From contig JAZJZK010000005.1 of assembly GCA_040389905.1 (NCBI GenBank), positions 192,001 through 256,000 on the forward strand: a stretch of DNA of 64,000 bases, given 5' to 3'. Below the pieces are notes generated by a model that searched no databases, had not been told where the DNA came from, and saw nothing but the letters and a program-made list of their open reading frames with translations. Of the stretch, positions 18,527-28,796 are shown one piece after another. The first letter of the stretch is position 1, and every line of letters starts with the position of its first letter. Position numbers and translations under genes: made by a program. Origin of the DNA: Gemmatimonadota bacterium (GTDB lineage Bacteria; Gemmatimonadota; Gemmatimonadetes; Gemmatimonadales; Gemmatimonadaceae).

Positions 18527-20014
18527 ATGACAAGCCTTCACGACGTAGCGCTGACTGCATTGCGGGAAAACGGTTTCGTTCCAGCACTCGATGCTGACGC
18601 GGAGCGCGAGCTCGAGACCCTCGGACGGCCGAACTCCGGAACAGCAGGTGCAGGCCCATCGTTCCGCTCCGGGCGACCACACGAGCAGAATGTTCGAGAT
18701 TTACGCGACCTGCTCTGGAGTTCGATCGACAACGCGGAGTCGCGGGACCTCGATCAGATCGAATACGCGGAGCCGCTGGCTGGCGGTGATATCCGGCTGC
18801 TCATCGGCATTGCGGACGTTGACGTTCTCGTGGCGAAGGGCTCGGCCATCGACGCGCACGCCGCCGCGAACGGAACATCGGTCTATACCGGCGTCTCTGT
18901 CTATCCGATGTTGCCACCGGAAATCTCCACCGACTTCACATCGCTCAATGAGGGCGAGAGCAGGCACGTGCTCGTCATCGAACTCGTGATTGGCGCGGAC
19001 GGACCGGTGAAGTCGCACGACATCTACCGGGGCCTCGCGATCAACAAGGCGAAGCTTGCCTATGACGCGGTTGGCGCATGGCTGGAGGGGCGGGGCCCGG
19101 TACCGCCACGCGTGGCGAACACGCCGGGGCTCGAGGAGCAGTTATGGCTTCAGGACCGGGCGGCCAGCATGCTTAAGACGATGCGCCGGAATGCCGGCGC
19201 ACTCGAATTCGAGACGGTGGAGGCGAGTGCGACGGGCGCCGATGGCAAGGTGACGTCCATCGCGGTGACCAGGAAGAACCGCGCTCGAGACCTCATTGAG
19301 GACTTCATGATCGCCGCAAACGTCGCGATTGCGCAGTATCTCGCGGAGCAGGGCAGGTCGGCGATTCGGCGTGTGGTTCGCGAGCCGAAGCGGTGGCCTC
19401 GCATCGTTCAGATCGCCGCCACCTTTGGCGCGATCTTGCCTACCGAGCCCGATTCGAAATCGCTCGCCGAGTTTCTCGCGGCGCGTCGGGCCGCCGATCC
19501 ACTGCGCTATGCGGATCTTTCGCTGAGTATCGTCAAGCTGTTAGGGCCGGGCGAGTACGTGGTCGACCGGCCGGGGCCGTTCGATGACCAAGGGCACTTC
19601 GGCCTAGCCGCGAACGACTACACGCACGCGACGGCACCCAACCGCCGGTACGCCGATCTCGTTACGCAGCGACTCGTGAAGGCCACAATCGTCAAAGCGC
19701 CCGCGCCGTATTCCGACGACGAGCTCGACGTGATCGCGAAGCAGTGCACCGAACGAGAAAATGCCGCGAACAAAGTGGAGCGCATTGCTCGAAAGGCCGC
19801 GGCGGCACTGCTGCTCGCGGACAAGATCGGCCATGTGTTCGATGCGATCGTCACCGGTGTGAACGCGGGTGGCACGTATGTGCGCCTCTTGTCGCCGCCG
19901 GCGGAAGGGCGCGTCATGCGGCACCACGACGGGATGGACGTGGGCGAACGCGTGCGGGTAAAGCTGGTGCGCACGGACGCGGCGCACGGCTTTATCGACT
20001 TTGAGGGACTCTAG
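18527..20014 (+). CDS. RNB-domain exoribonuclease (RNase II/R family) with C-terminal S1 domain
   Basis: SIDNAESRDLDQ, IGIADV, LIEDFMIAAN, HFGLA..YTHATAPNRRYADL. Start may be 18476. Confidence 0.9.
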   Translation: MTSLHDVALTALRENGFVPALDADAERELETLGRPNSGTAGAGPSFRSGRPHEQNVRDLRDLLWSSIDNAESRDLDQIEYAEPLAGGDIRLLIGIADVDVLVAKGSAIDAHAAANGTSVYTGVSVYPMLPPEISTDFTSLNEGESRHVLVIELVIGADGPVKSHDIYRGLAINKAKLAYDAVGAWLEGRGPVPPRVANTPGLEEQLWLQDRAASMLKTMRRNAGALEFETVEASATGADGKVTSIAVTRKNRARDLIEDFMIAANVAIAQYLAEQGRSAIRRVVREPKRWPRIVQIAATFGAILPTEPDSKSLAEFLAARRAADPLRYADLSLSIVKLLGPGEYVVDRPGPFDDQGHFGLAANDYTHATAPNRRYADLVTQRLVKATIVKAPAPYSDDELDVIAKQCTERENAANKVERIARKAAAALLLADKIGHVFDAIVTGVNAGGTYVRLLSPPAEGRVMRHHDGMDVGERVRVKLVRTDAAHGFIDFEGL

Positions 20015-20017
20015 ACG

Positions 20018-20323
20018 CAATGCTGTTCAGTTAGGACTACAGCAAAGCAAAAGCTTACCGCAGAGGACGCAGAGGGCCATGCGCCCTCAGTGACCTCCCA
20101 TGCGCCGGACCGCAAAGGGGCGCAGAGGGACTACGAGAGAACTGGTGCCGCCAACCCCCTTCCGTAATCCTTTGCGCCCTCTGCGGTCCGGCGCACTGAT
20201 AGGTACACGGTGGGCAGAACCTCTGCGTCCTTTGCGGTAAAGCGTTGCTGGTGCTGTTCGGCTGGCGACAATCGAAAGCTAGAACCGCGGCCGGCGCGTT
20301 TTGACGCTAACTGAACCGTATCA
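20018..20323. mobile_element. MITE-like non-autonomous element (about 306 bp)
   Basis: Imperfect 17-bp terminal inverted repeats CAATGCTGTTCAGTTAG and CTAACTGAACCGTATCA (13/17); flanking direct repeat ACTCTAGACG (20008-20017) and ACTCTAGACC (20324-20333); no transposase ORF. Confidence 0.65.
20055..20240. repeat. Nested palindromic repeat, family B
   Basis: Outer arms TTACCGCAGAGGACGCAGAGG and CCTCTGCGTCCTTTGCGGTAA (20/21); inner arms 20101-20135 and 20163-20195; related element at 58405-58602. Confidence 0.8.
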
Positions 20324-20333
20324 ACTCTAGACC

Positions 20334-20436
20334 GGGGACAGGAAAACCACAGGTGCAGGCCCTTCGCGACGTCCCCTTCGTCGCTTGCGCTCCTCGAGGG
20401 CAGGCAGGCGATAAGACGAGCCCTGTCCCTGTCCCC
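20334..20436. repeat. Inverted repeat enclosing a degenerate family A copy, between convergent genes
   Basis: GGGGACAGG...CCTGTCCCC arms; GTGCAGGCCCTTCG at 20353. Confidence 0.55.
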
Positions 20437-22614
20437 TTAGTTCCCACCCGGATGATATGTCCGCTCGGTATGGCCCTTCAGTTGGTTCTTGTAGAAATAG
20501 ACATCGCGCAACTGGCCATTCGCATAGCGGGACGCCTGGTCGTTGAAGTGGGCGGACTTGACGTCGCCGCTCTCGCCACCCGCGGAGACTGCCTTGGCGC
20601 GAACGCTGTCGCCAAATTCCACGATGGCCAGGAAGCTGTTGCCGCTCGTCCCATACATCTTCTTCGTGCCGCGATACGTTCGCGCTCCGAACGACGCGAG
20701 CGACCCGAAACGCGCCGACGTGAAGGGCACAGGAATGCTTGGCCCAGCATCGTTGAACGGCTGCACGATGTCGCCAGTCAAACGTTGGAAACGGTTGATC
20801 TCACCCCAGGGCGTCTTCCACGTGCCGAAGTCCGCGGTGAGCTTGTCCGACGCAGTGGCAAGCGCCTGAAGCCGTTGCACCGGAGTGCTGCGTGACGCCA
20901 TGTACTCATCGACGTTGACACGAGCACGACGCGCCTCGGCGGCAACGGTGCGCTGCAGTTCCTCCACCCAGAACACGCCCAAAGACGTCGGCACGGACGC
21001 GGCGCCCCAATGGTAATCCCATCCACGCAGCGCGGCGATCTGGTCCGCAACCTTCGCCTTGAGCGGATTGTCAGAGGGCGTTTGATCGTATCCGGCAATG
21101 AGCGATGGAATGAGCTGCGCGAAGGTCGGCAGATAGCTGTCGAACGCCGCGGCGATCACGCCATCGGGCGTAAAATCCTTCTTGCCGCTGAGCACCCGGA
21201 TCGCATGAACGCCGCGTGCGTTTTCCTCCCCCGTTTCCATGTAGGCCGGGTAGTTCTCCTTCTTCGGGCTGCTCTCGCCCGCCGCGGTGAAGGGCCAGTT
21301 GTTCGTGTTGTAGAGCCACCCACTTTTTGGATTCAGCAGGTGCGGGCTCTCCTCGACGCCGTGGAGTCCCTTCCACTCCGTCGCGGGGTTGCTACCGTCC
21401 ACGGGTTTCGACCAATCGAACGACGTATCGCGCTTGGGAATGAAGTTGCCGTGGAAATACGCGATGTTGCCACCGGCGTCCGCGAAGATCGTGTTGTTCG
21501 ACGAGTTGGTGTGAAGGTCCATCGTCTTGCGGAATTCCTTGTAGCTCTTCGCCTTCGTGCGTGTGTACGACTGCGTGAGCGCCTTCACGGGCTCCTGCAT
21601 CATGCGGATGGCAACCCACTTGCCGTCCTGCTCGCGAATGACCGGGCCATGCTGCGTGCGATAGACGGTGAATTCCTTCTTCGCCATGCCGCCGGCAGCC
21701 TTGTACGGAACGACGATGACTTCGCTGCGCACGGGCTTTTCCGACTTCCCATAGGCGTAGACGTACTTGTCGCCCTTCCTCGTCACCGTCTCGAGGTACT
21801 CGTCGAGGTCGTCGACGTTGCTGGTCGTGTGCATCCAGCCGGCTTTGTCGTTGAAGCCCTGATAGATGAAGAATTGTCCCCACGTCATCGCCCCGTAGGC
21901 ATTCAAACCCTGCTCGCTCACCATCTGGACTTCAGAGCGGAAGAAGAAGGACGTGTGCGGATTGATCCACAGGAGCGCGCGATGGTTCGCGGTGTTCGAC
22001 GGCGCGATGGCAAAGCCATTCGAGCCGGACGGTTCCTTCGGCGCAGCGGCGGCCTCAGGGAGAGCGGCTGGCTTCGCAGCGGCCTTCCCGTAAAACGCCT
22101 CGAGGTCGCGGAGATTCACCTTCTCGATGTCGCCGCCGATGCTCCCTTCGCTGAACGAGAGGGCCATCCACGGCTCGAATTTCGTGATGACGCGCGGCTT
22201 CACGTCTGGATGTTTCGCGAGGTAGAAGTTGAGCCCGTCCGCCCAGGCGACCATGAGCGTCTTCAAGAACGCCGGACTGGTCTTGTACTTTGCCTTCAAC
22301 GAGTCCGGATCGATGAACAGCTTCATGCGAAGGTCGCGATACACCTCGGTCTCGCCTTCCGCCTCGGCGAGACGCCCCATCGAATTGATGAAGTTCGTTT
22401 CCACGCGATTGAAGTCGTCTTCGGCCTGCGCATACATCGTCCCGAACACCACGTCCGCGTCCGTCTTGCCGTAGACGTGCGCGATACCCCAATCGTCGCG
22501 AACGATGGTGACGCCCTTGGCGATTCGCTCCCACCTGGAGAGAGCGGGATCGGCGGCGTCGAGCGCCGGAGCTGCGATGACGAGCATCGCAGCAAGAAGG
22601 AGATGCCTATGCAT
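20437..22614 (-). CDS. Penicillin acylase family Ntn-hydrolase (AHL/cephalosporin acylase-like)
   Basis: Signal peptide, RDDWGIAHVYG, YAQAED, autocleavage site G-SNGFAIAP, INPH, GWMHT. Confidence 0.92.
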   Translation of the reverse strand: MHRHLLLAAMLVIAAPALDAADPALSRWERIAKGVTIVRDDWGIAHVYGKTDADVVFGTMYAQAEDDFNRVETNFINSMGRLAEAEGETEVYRDLRMKLFIDPDSLKAKYKTSPAFLKTLMVAWADGLNFYLAKHPDVKPRVITKFEPWMALSFSEGSIGGDIEKVNLRDLEAFYGKAAAKPAALPEAAAAPKEPSGSNGFAIAPSNTANHRALLWINPHTSFFFRSEVQMVSEQGLNAYGAMTWGQFFIYQGFNDKAGWMHTTSNVDDLDEYLETVTRKGDKYVYAYGKSEKPVRSEVIVVPYKAAGGMAKKEFTVYRTQHGPVIREQDGKWVAIRMMQEPVKALTQSYTRTKAKSYKEFRKTMDLHTNSSNNTIFADAGGNIAYFHGNFIPKRDTSFDWSKPVDGSNPATEWKGLHGVEESPHLLNPKSGWLYNTNNWPFTAAGESSPKKENYPAYMETGEENARGVHAIRVLSGKKDFTPDGVIAAAFDSYLPTFAQLIPSLIAGYDQTPSDNPLKAKVADQIAALRGWDYHWGAASVPTSLGVFWVEELQRTVAAEARRARVNVDEYMASRSTPVQRLQALATASDKLTADFGTWKTPWGEINRFQRLTGDIVQPFNDAGPSIPVPFTSARFGSLASFGARTYRGTKKMYGTSGNSFLAIVEFGDSVRAKAVSAGGESGDVKSAHFNDQASRYANGQLRDVYFYKNQLKGHTERTYHPGGN

Positions 22615-22738
22615 AGAATGGCTCGGTGTGCGTAGCGAGGTGGCCGATTACGTCCCCTCGGAAGATGCGGCGAAATAACATCGTTTGCCAGAGCGCCGGC
22701 GGCATTGTTGCCGCAATCTCGATCGGCGATTTGCGACG

Positions 22739-22882
22739 CTACACGCCGTCGTCGTGGAGCATTCGAACGGCAGGGGTATCGAGGTCATCCAATTGCCCCG
22801 TCCTCGCGGACCAGATGTAGGCGACCACCGCGATCGCCACGATGAACAGGGCGAGGGGAAGCACGATGAAGATGACGCTCAT
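22739..22882 (-). CDS. ccoS: cbb3 oxidase assembly protein CcoS
   Basis: MSVIFIVLPLAL...WSARTGQLDDLDTPAVRMLHDD. Confidence 0.92.
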   Translation of the reverse strand: MSVIFIVLPLALFIVAIAVVAYIWSARTGQLDDLDTPAVRMLHDDGV

Positions 22883-25377
22883 GCCGCGTGCCTCTGCCGC
22901 TCTCGGGTCAACGCGACGTCGCCCTCCACGGTCTCGTGCGCCGGACTCGTGGCGGTGAATGTTCGCCCCAACCAACTCCCGAACACAACGGTCAATGAGC
23001 TCGCGGGCATCATGATCGCCGCAATGAGCGGGTTGATGAGGCCGGTCATCGCGAGCGCGACGCCGATCAGGTTGTAGAGCAACGACAAGGCGATGTTGCG
23101 CCTGATGACGAACATCGTGCGGCTTGCACCCTCGACGAGTCGGACGAGTGGCTCGAGACCAGGCGTCGTCAGGTGCACATCCGCGGTGGCGAGTGACGCT
23201 TCTGCGCCACCGTGCACACCGACCCCGACGGTCGCTGCGGCAATCGCGGCCGCGTCGTTCACGCCATCGCCAACCATCACGACCGGCGAATGTCCAGTCG
23301 CGGCAGCACGCGCGGCGATGATGTACGCGAGCTTCTGCTCCGGCGTCACGCCACCGATCGCGTCGTCGGCGGCGAAGCCAAGCCGAGCGCCCACGGCTAC
23401 GGCGACGGCGGGGTCGTCACCGGAGAGCAAGGTCAGCGCCCAACCACGAGAGCGCAGGGCATTCAACGACGCCAAGGCATCATCGCGAATCCGGTCGCCG
23501 AGTCCCGCGATCGCGACCACTCGTCCGTCGACGGCCACGAGGACCGGCGTGAGCACGGCATCGGACAGGCGGCTCAGATAGGTGCGCGACCCGCTCGCAT
23601 GTGCAGCCACGAAACGCGGCGATCCAACAACGACATCATGACCGAGTACGCGTCCGGTGATGCCGCCACCCACGTGATGCATGACCCCCTCAGCGTCCGG
23701 CGCCTGAAGGTCGGGCCACGCTCGGCGAAATCCATCGGCGAGGAGGTGCGATGAACCGGATTCCAGGGCGAGGACGAACGGCTGATAGCGCGGATCGCCG
23801 ATCCATGTCACGAGCGCCGTGCGACCCTCCGTGAGCGTCCCCGTCTTGTCGATGATGATCCGGCCTGCCTGCGACATCGACTCCAGGGCATCCCCACCCT
23901 TGAGGAAGATGCCAACGCGCGCGGCCCGTCCCACAGCAATCGTGACGGCGAGTGGTGTCGCAAGAGCAAGCGCACACGGACAGGTGACGATCAGGAGCGC
24001 GATCGCGTTGTCCCACGCGCGCGACGGATCGCGCTGCGCCCACAGGAAGAAGGTAAAGGCCGCAAGGGCGAGCACGACGGCGACGAACTTGCCGGCCAGA
24101 CGATTCGCGAATGCCACCACCGGCGTCTTGCGGTCGAGCGTGTCACCGACCTGTCGCAGGAGCTTTGCCAACCGGCTCGTTTCTCCCGCGACATTCACGC
24201 GCACGCGAACGGGCGCAGAGACGTTGAGTGTGCCGGCGTAGACGAGGTCTCCATCTGCCGCCTGCACGCCGCGCGACTCCCCGGTGAGCAACGAGGCGTT
24301 GATGCTCGTGTGTCCCTCTGAGATTACGCCGTCAGCGGGAAATGTCTCGCCTGCCCGCACGATCACTTCCATTCCGGGAACCAGCGCGACGGACGGGATC
24401 TCGCGCTCCGTATCATCGTCCTCGACGACGCGCGCTGTCGTAGGCGCCAGGGAAAACAGCAGCTGCGCCGCATCGGTCGCCGCGCGCTGGCCACGCTGCT
24501 GGAGAAAACGGCCCGTCAGCAGCAGGAAGATGAGCGTTGTCACACCATCGAAGTAGATCGGCCCACTGTCCGTGACCGTATTGATCGCACCGCGCAACGC
24601 ACCCGCGCCGAGCGCGATGGCAATGGGGAGGTCCATGTGGAGCGACCGCGTGCGAAGTGCGCTCCACGCGCCAACGAAGAAGACGCGTCCCGGACCGAGA
24701 ATCGCCGGAATGGTCAGCGCCAGGCACACCCACCGGAACATCCGCTCGAACGACCCCTCCATCGTCGAGAAGTCGCCGGCGTACAGCGCGAGCGATGCGA
24801 GCATTACGTTGCCGGCGATCGCTCCGGCGACGCCGATTCGCATCAACATCGCGCGATCCTCCCGGCGACGAATCGCGTCGCGCGCCACCCCGCGAAATGG
24901 ATGCGGTGCGTACCCGAGCCGATCGAGCGCCCGTGCCACCATCGAGAGCGGCACGGCGGCGCAGTTCCACTCGACTCTGGCGAGCGACCGACGGACGTCG
25001 AGCTCGACTCGCACCACGCCATTCACGAGCAGCGGTACTCGCTCCACGAGCCACACGCATGAAGCGCAGTGAACGCCTTCGAGATAGAGCTCGACCGCGC
25101 TGAGCCCATCCGAAGCTGGGCGGACATACAACTCGGCGAATGCCGGATGGTCGAACTCCTCGTAGCTTCGCCCCGTGGACTGCACTGGCGCGAGTCGCTT
25201 GTCCCGAAATGAGGAGTACGCCGCGAGTCCATTCTCCGATAGGAACTCGAAGGCAGTCCGGCATCCCGCGCAGCAGAACTGCGACGTCGCATCGGGCTGG
25301 ACGAGCGCCGGTGAAACGGGCAAGCCACAATGCGTGCACGAAATACCGATCGTCGCACTCGCACGCGGTATCGTCAT
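22879..25377 (-). CDS. ccoI: P1B copper ATPase CcoI/FixI
   Basis: N-terminal CTHC...FCCAGC, HMA CASC, TGES, CPC, DKTGT, GDGVND. Confidence 0.93.
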   Translation of the reverse strand: MTIPRASATIGISCTHCGLPVSPALVQPDATSQFCCAGCRTAFEFLSENGLAAYSSFRDKRLAPVQSTGRSYEEFDHPAFAELYVRPASDGLSAVELYLEGVHCASCVWLVERVPLLVNGVVRVELDVRRSLARVEWNCAAVPLSMVARALDRLGYAPHPFRGVARDAIRRREDRAMLMRIGVAGAIAGNVMLASLALYAGDFSTMEGSFERMFRWVCLALTIPAILGPGRVFFVGAWSALRTRSLHMDLPIAIALGAGALRGAINTVTDSGPIYFDGVTTLIFLLLTGRFLQQRGQRAATDAAQLLFSLAPTTARVVEDDDTEREIPSVALVPGMEVIVRAGETFPADGVISEGHTSINASLLTGESRGVQAADGDLVYAGTLNVSAPVRVRVNVAGETSRLAKLLRQVGDTLDRKTPVVAFANRLAGKFVAVVLALAAFTFFLWAQRDPSRAWDNAIALLIVTCPCALALATPLAVTIAVGRAARVGIFLKGGDALESMSQAGRIIIDKTGTLTEGRTALVTWIGDPRYQPFVLALESGSSHLLADGFRRAWPDLQAPDAEGVMHHVGGGITGRVLGHDVVVGSPRFVAAHASGSRTYLSRLSDAVLTPVLVAVDGRVVAIAGLGDRIRDDALASLNALRSRGWALTLLSGDDPAVAVAVGARLGFAADDAIGGVTPEQKLAYIIAARAAATGHSPVVMVGDGVNDAAAIAAATVGVGVHGGAEASLATADVHLTTPGLEPLVRLVEGASRTMFVIRRNIALSLLYNLIGVALAMTGLINPLIAAIMMPASSLTVVFGSWLGRTFTATSPAHETVEGDVALTRERQRHAA

Positions 25378-26081
25378 GGAACGGCGTGCAGCGTGTGCGT
25401 AACGTGCACGGCACTAGCGCCGATACGTCCAACGATGGAGAGGAATCCGAGAACCATCACGGCGGCACCGCTAATCAACGGAAGGCGCGCGGCGAATGGA
25501 CCCATCAGCCGCCGGGCACCGATGCCGACCGCGAACATCATGGGGAGCGTGCCGAGCCAGAAGAAACACATCACAAGCGCCCCTCCTGCGGCGGAACCGG
25601 TCGCTGCGGCGCTGACGACGAACGTGTACAGCCACCCGCACGGCAGCAGCGTAGTGACAAGTCCAGTCGCGGCGGCGCGAACGACCGGCGGGCGCTCTCT
25701 CACGGTTAGCAACACGCCTCCCATGGCGCGCTGCCACGCCACGGGAACGGACACCACCTGAACACGCACGCCACGCGCTGCCAGCACGGTGTGCCCGCCC
25801 CAGATCACCATGAGTGTTCCAGCGACGATCGCGGCGCCGCGCTGGATGCCGGCAAGTATCCCTGCAGCGTCGAGCGCATGGCCGGCGAATCCCGCGACCA
25901 CGCCGAGTAACACGTAGGAGGCCAGTCGTCCCAGGTTATACGCCACGTGCGGCCCCGCGCTCCATGAGCCGCCAGCGCCCCTGGACCCGGACCCATAGAA
26001 GCAGACGAAGGCGCCGCACATCGCCGCGCAATGAACGGAGCCGATGAGGCTCGCCACCAGCACCGCAACAGCAAGTGTCAC
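25374..26081 (-). CDS. DsbD_2/TauE-like membrane protein of cco clusters
   Basis: HCAAMCG, YNLGR, LLPCG, FWLGT. Confidence 0.88.
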   Translation of the reverse strand: MTLAVAVLVASLIGSVHCAAMCGAFVCFYGSGSRGAGGSWSAGPHVAYNLGRLASYVLLGVVAGFAGHALDAAGILAGIQRGAAIVAGTLMVIWGGHTVLAARGVRVQVVSVPVAWQRAMGGVLLTVRERPPVVRAAATGLVTTLLPCGWLYTFVVSAAATGSAAGGALVMCFFWLGTLPMMFAVGIGARRLMGPFAARLPLISGAAVMVLGFLSIVGRIGASAVHVTHTLHAVP

Positions 26082-26632
26082 TGCGCGCCAGCCTTGAGGC
26101 GGTCGACAGGCGGATCGCCTGGTCGCGATTCGATCAACGACCCGCTCGTGGTTAGCGACGCATCGAGCCGCACGTCTGTGGCGAATCGTTCCGCGCCACG
26201 CGTCGCCACGATGCGAAACTCCCAGAGTCCTGCGCGAGCGAGCGGCAACGGGGCATCATAGGCACCGCCTCCGCGCGCGTCGAGCCGCGCACGCACCACA
26301 TCGTCGGCGTGCGCAACCTGTCGACCCTCCAATGAAACGGCGGCGCCGTCAACGGGTGCGCCATCACGCGCACGCAACTCGAGGCGGAGTGTCGCGACTG
26401 AACCGGTAATGGCACTCAGCGCCGGCACCAAGCGCCATCCAAGCGCCTCGCTCCGGCGCGACCTCGCGAGTGACGAGTCCCACGTCACTGCCTTTCGATA
26501 ATAGTCGGCTTCGATGCCGCGGTTCGGATCGTTGCTGGCGATGCGCGCCGCAACGAGTCCAAAGGTGACGTATCCGCTGAGCACGGAGATCACGATGAGC
26601 GGCCAGATGCGCTCCTTCCGAATGATGGCCAT
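26078..26632 (-). CDS. ccoH: FixH/CcoH-family protein
   Basis: WP..I.. TM segment, EADYYRKAVTWD, YtkA-like GLWEF; cluster position. Confidence 0.8.
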   Translation of the reverse strand: MAIIRKERIWPLIVISVLSGYVTFGLVAARIASNDPNRGIEADYYRKAVTWDSSLARSRRSEALGWRLVPALSAITGSVATLRLELRARDGAPVDGAAVSLEGRQVAHADDVVRARLDARGGGAYDAPLPLARAGLWEFRIVATRGAERFATDVRLDASLTTSGSLIESRPGDPPVDRLKAGAQ

Positions 26633-26634
26633 GC

Positions 26635-28032
26635 TTACGGTACCGCGGGTATTGGTGTGGGGCCGAGCAGGTTGAACGGAAAGTCCTCCGTGTAGTCGCT
26701 CCCGTCAGCGATGCGCACTCGTATGTCACGCCGCCCAGCGTTGAACGCGGAGCGCGGCAGAAGAACGAAGACGCTCGTCGTTCGCTGCTCACCAGCCTTC
26801 ACCGTGAGGGGACTCTCTGGTGCGATAACCTGTGCCGAGTCGGCGCCAAGGATGGAAATGGCATAGGCGTGGTCGCGCAGCGAGCGATTGGCGATCTTCA
26901 CGCGCACCTGATTCGACACGCGTCCATCCAGTTCGATGCTGAACGGTTCGGCCTGGCTCCGGAGGATCATGACGTCGGCCTTTGCCTTCGTCTCGAGCGC
27001 GAAGATGAAGCCGCCAAGCAGCAGTACGAGGACGGCGGGATAGACGATCGTCCGTGGACGGAGCAGGTGCCTCGCCTTTCCGGCCAACTGGTCACGCGAT
27101 GCATAGCGGATCAGGCCGCGCGGCTTTCCAACCTTGTCCATGATGGAATCGCATGCGTCGATGCACTGGGTGCAATGAATGCATTCCATCTGGAGACCGT
27201 TGCGGATGTCGATCCCGGTCGGGCAAGTGGTCACACACGCATTGCAGGCCACGCAATCGCCGGCCTTCGCCGAGCGATCCTTGACGGCGTGTTCACGCGG
27301 TTCGCCGCGATAGGCATCGTAGGCGACAATGAGCGACTCGTTGTCGAGAAGCGCAGACTGCCAGCGTCCGTATGGGCAGGCGATCAGGCAGGTCTGCTCT
27401 CGGAAGTACGTGAAGTCATAGAAGACGAGCGCCGTGGTAGCGGCCATCACGAGAAACGGCGTGGGATGCTGGTACGGTGAGAGCCGCACCCACGCTTCAA
27501 TCGCCTCGGCACCGACGAAATACGCAAGGAAAGTGTTCGCCAGAAAGGCGGAGATCGCGAGATACACCGCGTACTTCAGCAACCGTCGCGGATTGAACCG
27601 GTCGCGATTCTTGTCGATGATGAGTGATCCACTGCGGCCGCCCTCGAGCAGACGTTCGAGTGGCCGAAACACGAACTCCATGTAGACCGTTTGCGGGCAG
27701 GCCCATCCGCACCACACTCGGCCGAAGAGTGCCGAGAAGAGAAAGATCGACACCACCGCACTCGCGAGGAGCAGCATCAGGAGCAGCGTGTCCGTCGGCA
27801 AGAAGGTCGTGCCGAGGATCGTGAAATGCCGGCGCGGCAAGTCGAGTTGAATCGCCGGCATTCCATTGATGCGGATGTGCGGAAGGCTCAGGAACAGCGC
27901 CATCAACGAGTACGCGACGATGCGGCGCCTCTGCCACCAGACGCCGGCCGCCGGCTTGGGACGGATCCAGTTCCGCGATCCGTCCTGATTCAGCGTTGGG
28001 AGTACGCGGCCCATGGCAACAGGAGCGCTCAC
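26635..28032 (-). CDS. ccoG: CcoG/FixG 4Fe-4S membrane protein
   Basis: GRVWCGWACPQTV, CPYG, CVACNACVTTCPTGIDIR, ECIHCTQCIDAC. Confidence 0.95.
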   Translation of the reverse strand: MSAPVAMGRVLPTLNQDGSRNWIRPKPAAGVWWQRRRIVAYSLMALFLSLPHIRINGMPAIQLDLPRRHFTILGTTFLPTDTLLLMLLLASAVVSIFLFSALFGRVWCGWACPQTVYMEFVFRPLERLLEGGRSGSLIIDKNRDRFNPRRLLKYAVYLAISAFLANTFLAYFVGAEAIEAWVRLSPYQHPTPFLVMAATTALVFYDFTYFREQTCLIACPYGRWQSALLDNESLIVAYDAYRGEPREHAVKDRSAKAGDCVACNACVTTCPTGIDIRNGLQMECIHCTQCIDACDSIMDKVGKPRGLIRYASRDQLAGKARHLLRPRTIVYPAVLVLLLGGFIFALETKAKADVMILRSQAEPFSIELDGRVSNQVRVKIANRSLRDHAYAISILGADSAQVIAPESPLTVKAGEQRTTSVFVLLPRSAFNAGRRDIRVRIADGSDYTEDFPFNLLGPTPIPAVP

Positions 28033-28598
28033 CGGACGACGGCCACCCCTTCCGGCGCTTTGGGATTCACAGGCGTGGTGCCATGGAGCGACCAGACGTA
28101 CGCCGTCACTTCATCGACCTCGCGTGGCGCGAGCATTTTTCCCCAGGGAGGCATGCCCTTGGCAAGGACACCATTGGTAATGGTGGCATTGATCTCGTCG
28201 ATCTTGCCGCCGTGCAGCCAGACGTCATCGGTCAGGTTCGGCCCGATCAAGCCGCCAGCATCCGGCCGGTGGCACGACGCACAGTTCTTGGCGAATACCT
28301 TCTTTCCTTCGCCCACTTCGTGCGAGTCTTTCGTCAGCGCCAGCAACTGATCAGGACTCGTGGGCCCACTCGGTGCCGGGTGCGCCGCGCGCGCCGCCGC
28401 GAGGTCTTTCTCGTACGCGGCGATTCGCCCGCCATTCGTGCCCATGCCGCCGACGTTGAGCGCGTACAGCACGGAGAAGATGATCGTGCCCCAGAAGGTG
28501 AGCACCCACCACCGAGGCATGGGATTGTCGTATTCCTGGATACCGTCGTACGAATGCTCGATCAGGCGATCCATCTCGGGCTTCTTCTTGGCAGTCAT
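28029..28598 (-). CDS. ccoP: cbb3 oxidase subunit III, short single-heme form
   Basis: HSYDGIQEYDNPMPRWW; one CASCH; GPNLTD; GMPPW. Confidence 0.92.
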   Translation of the reverse strand: MTAKKKPEMDRLIEHSYDGIQEYDNPMPRWWVLTFWGTIIFSVLYALNVGGMGTNGGRIAAYEKDLAAARAAHPAPSGPTSPDQLLALTKDSHEVGEGKKVFAKNCASCHRPDAGGLIGPNLTDDVWLHGGKIDEINATITNGVLAKGMPPWGKMLAPREVDEVTAYVWSLHGTTPVNPKAPEGVAVVR

Positions 28599-28601
28599 GG
28601 A

Positions 28602-28796
28602 TCACTCCTCCCGCTGCGTAGGACTGGACGCCAGCCCGTCATCGAGGGGAAGCCTCGCGTCGGCCGACCAGCGTGCGCGGTTCGCGGGGCGATACACCCA
28701 CCACGCGATCCCGAGAAAGGTGATGAAGAACAGGATCATGCCGATCTCGGCGAAGATCGACAGGCCCGAATGGCTCATGATATCGGTCAGGCTCAC
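28602..28796 (-). CDS. ccoQ: cbb3 oxidase subunit IV
   Basis: Single TM segment FFITFLGIAWWVY...RLPLDD, between ccoNO and ccoP. Confidence 0.8.
   Translation of the reverse strand: MSLTDIMSHSGLSIFAEIGMILFFITFLGIAWWVYRPANRARWSADARLPLDDGLASSPTQREE

Noticed and set aside
18720..18760. RNB active site DLDQ rather than DxDD, suggesting inactivity
   Set aside because: To my knowledge the DLDQ variant is common in this short RNB subfamily, and all other motifs are intact.
21010..22635. Long antisense or alternate-frame ORFs (also 2761-4086, 35284-36942, 41563-43029, 54103-55464, 57492-58499)
   Set aside because: They shadow well-supported genes, are Arg/Ala-rich with no motifs, and are expected in high-GC DNA.
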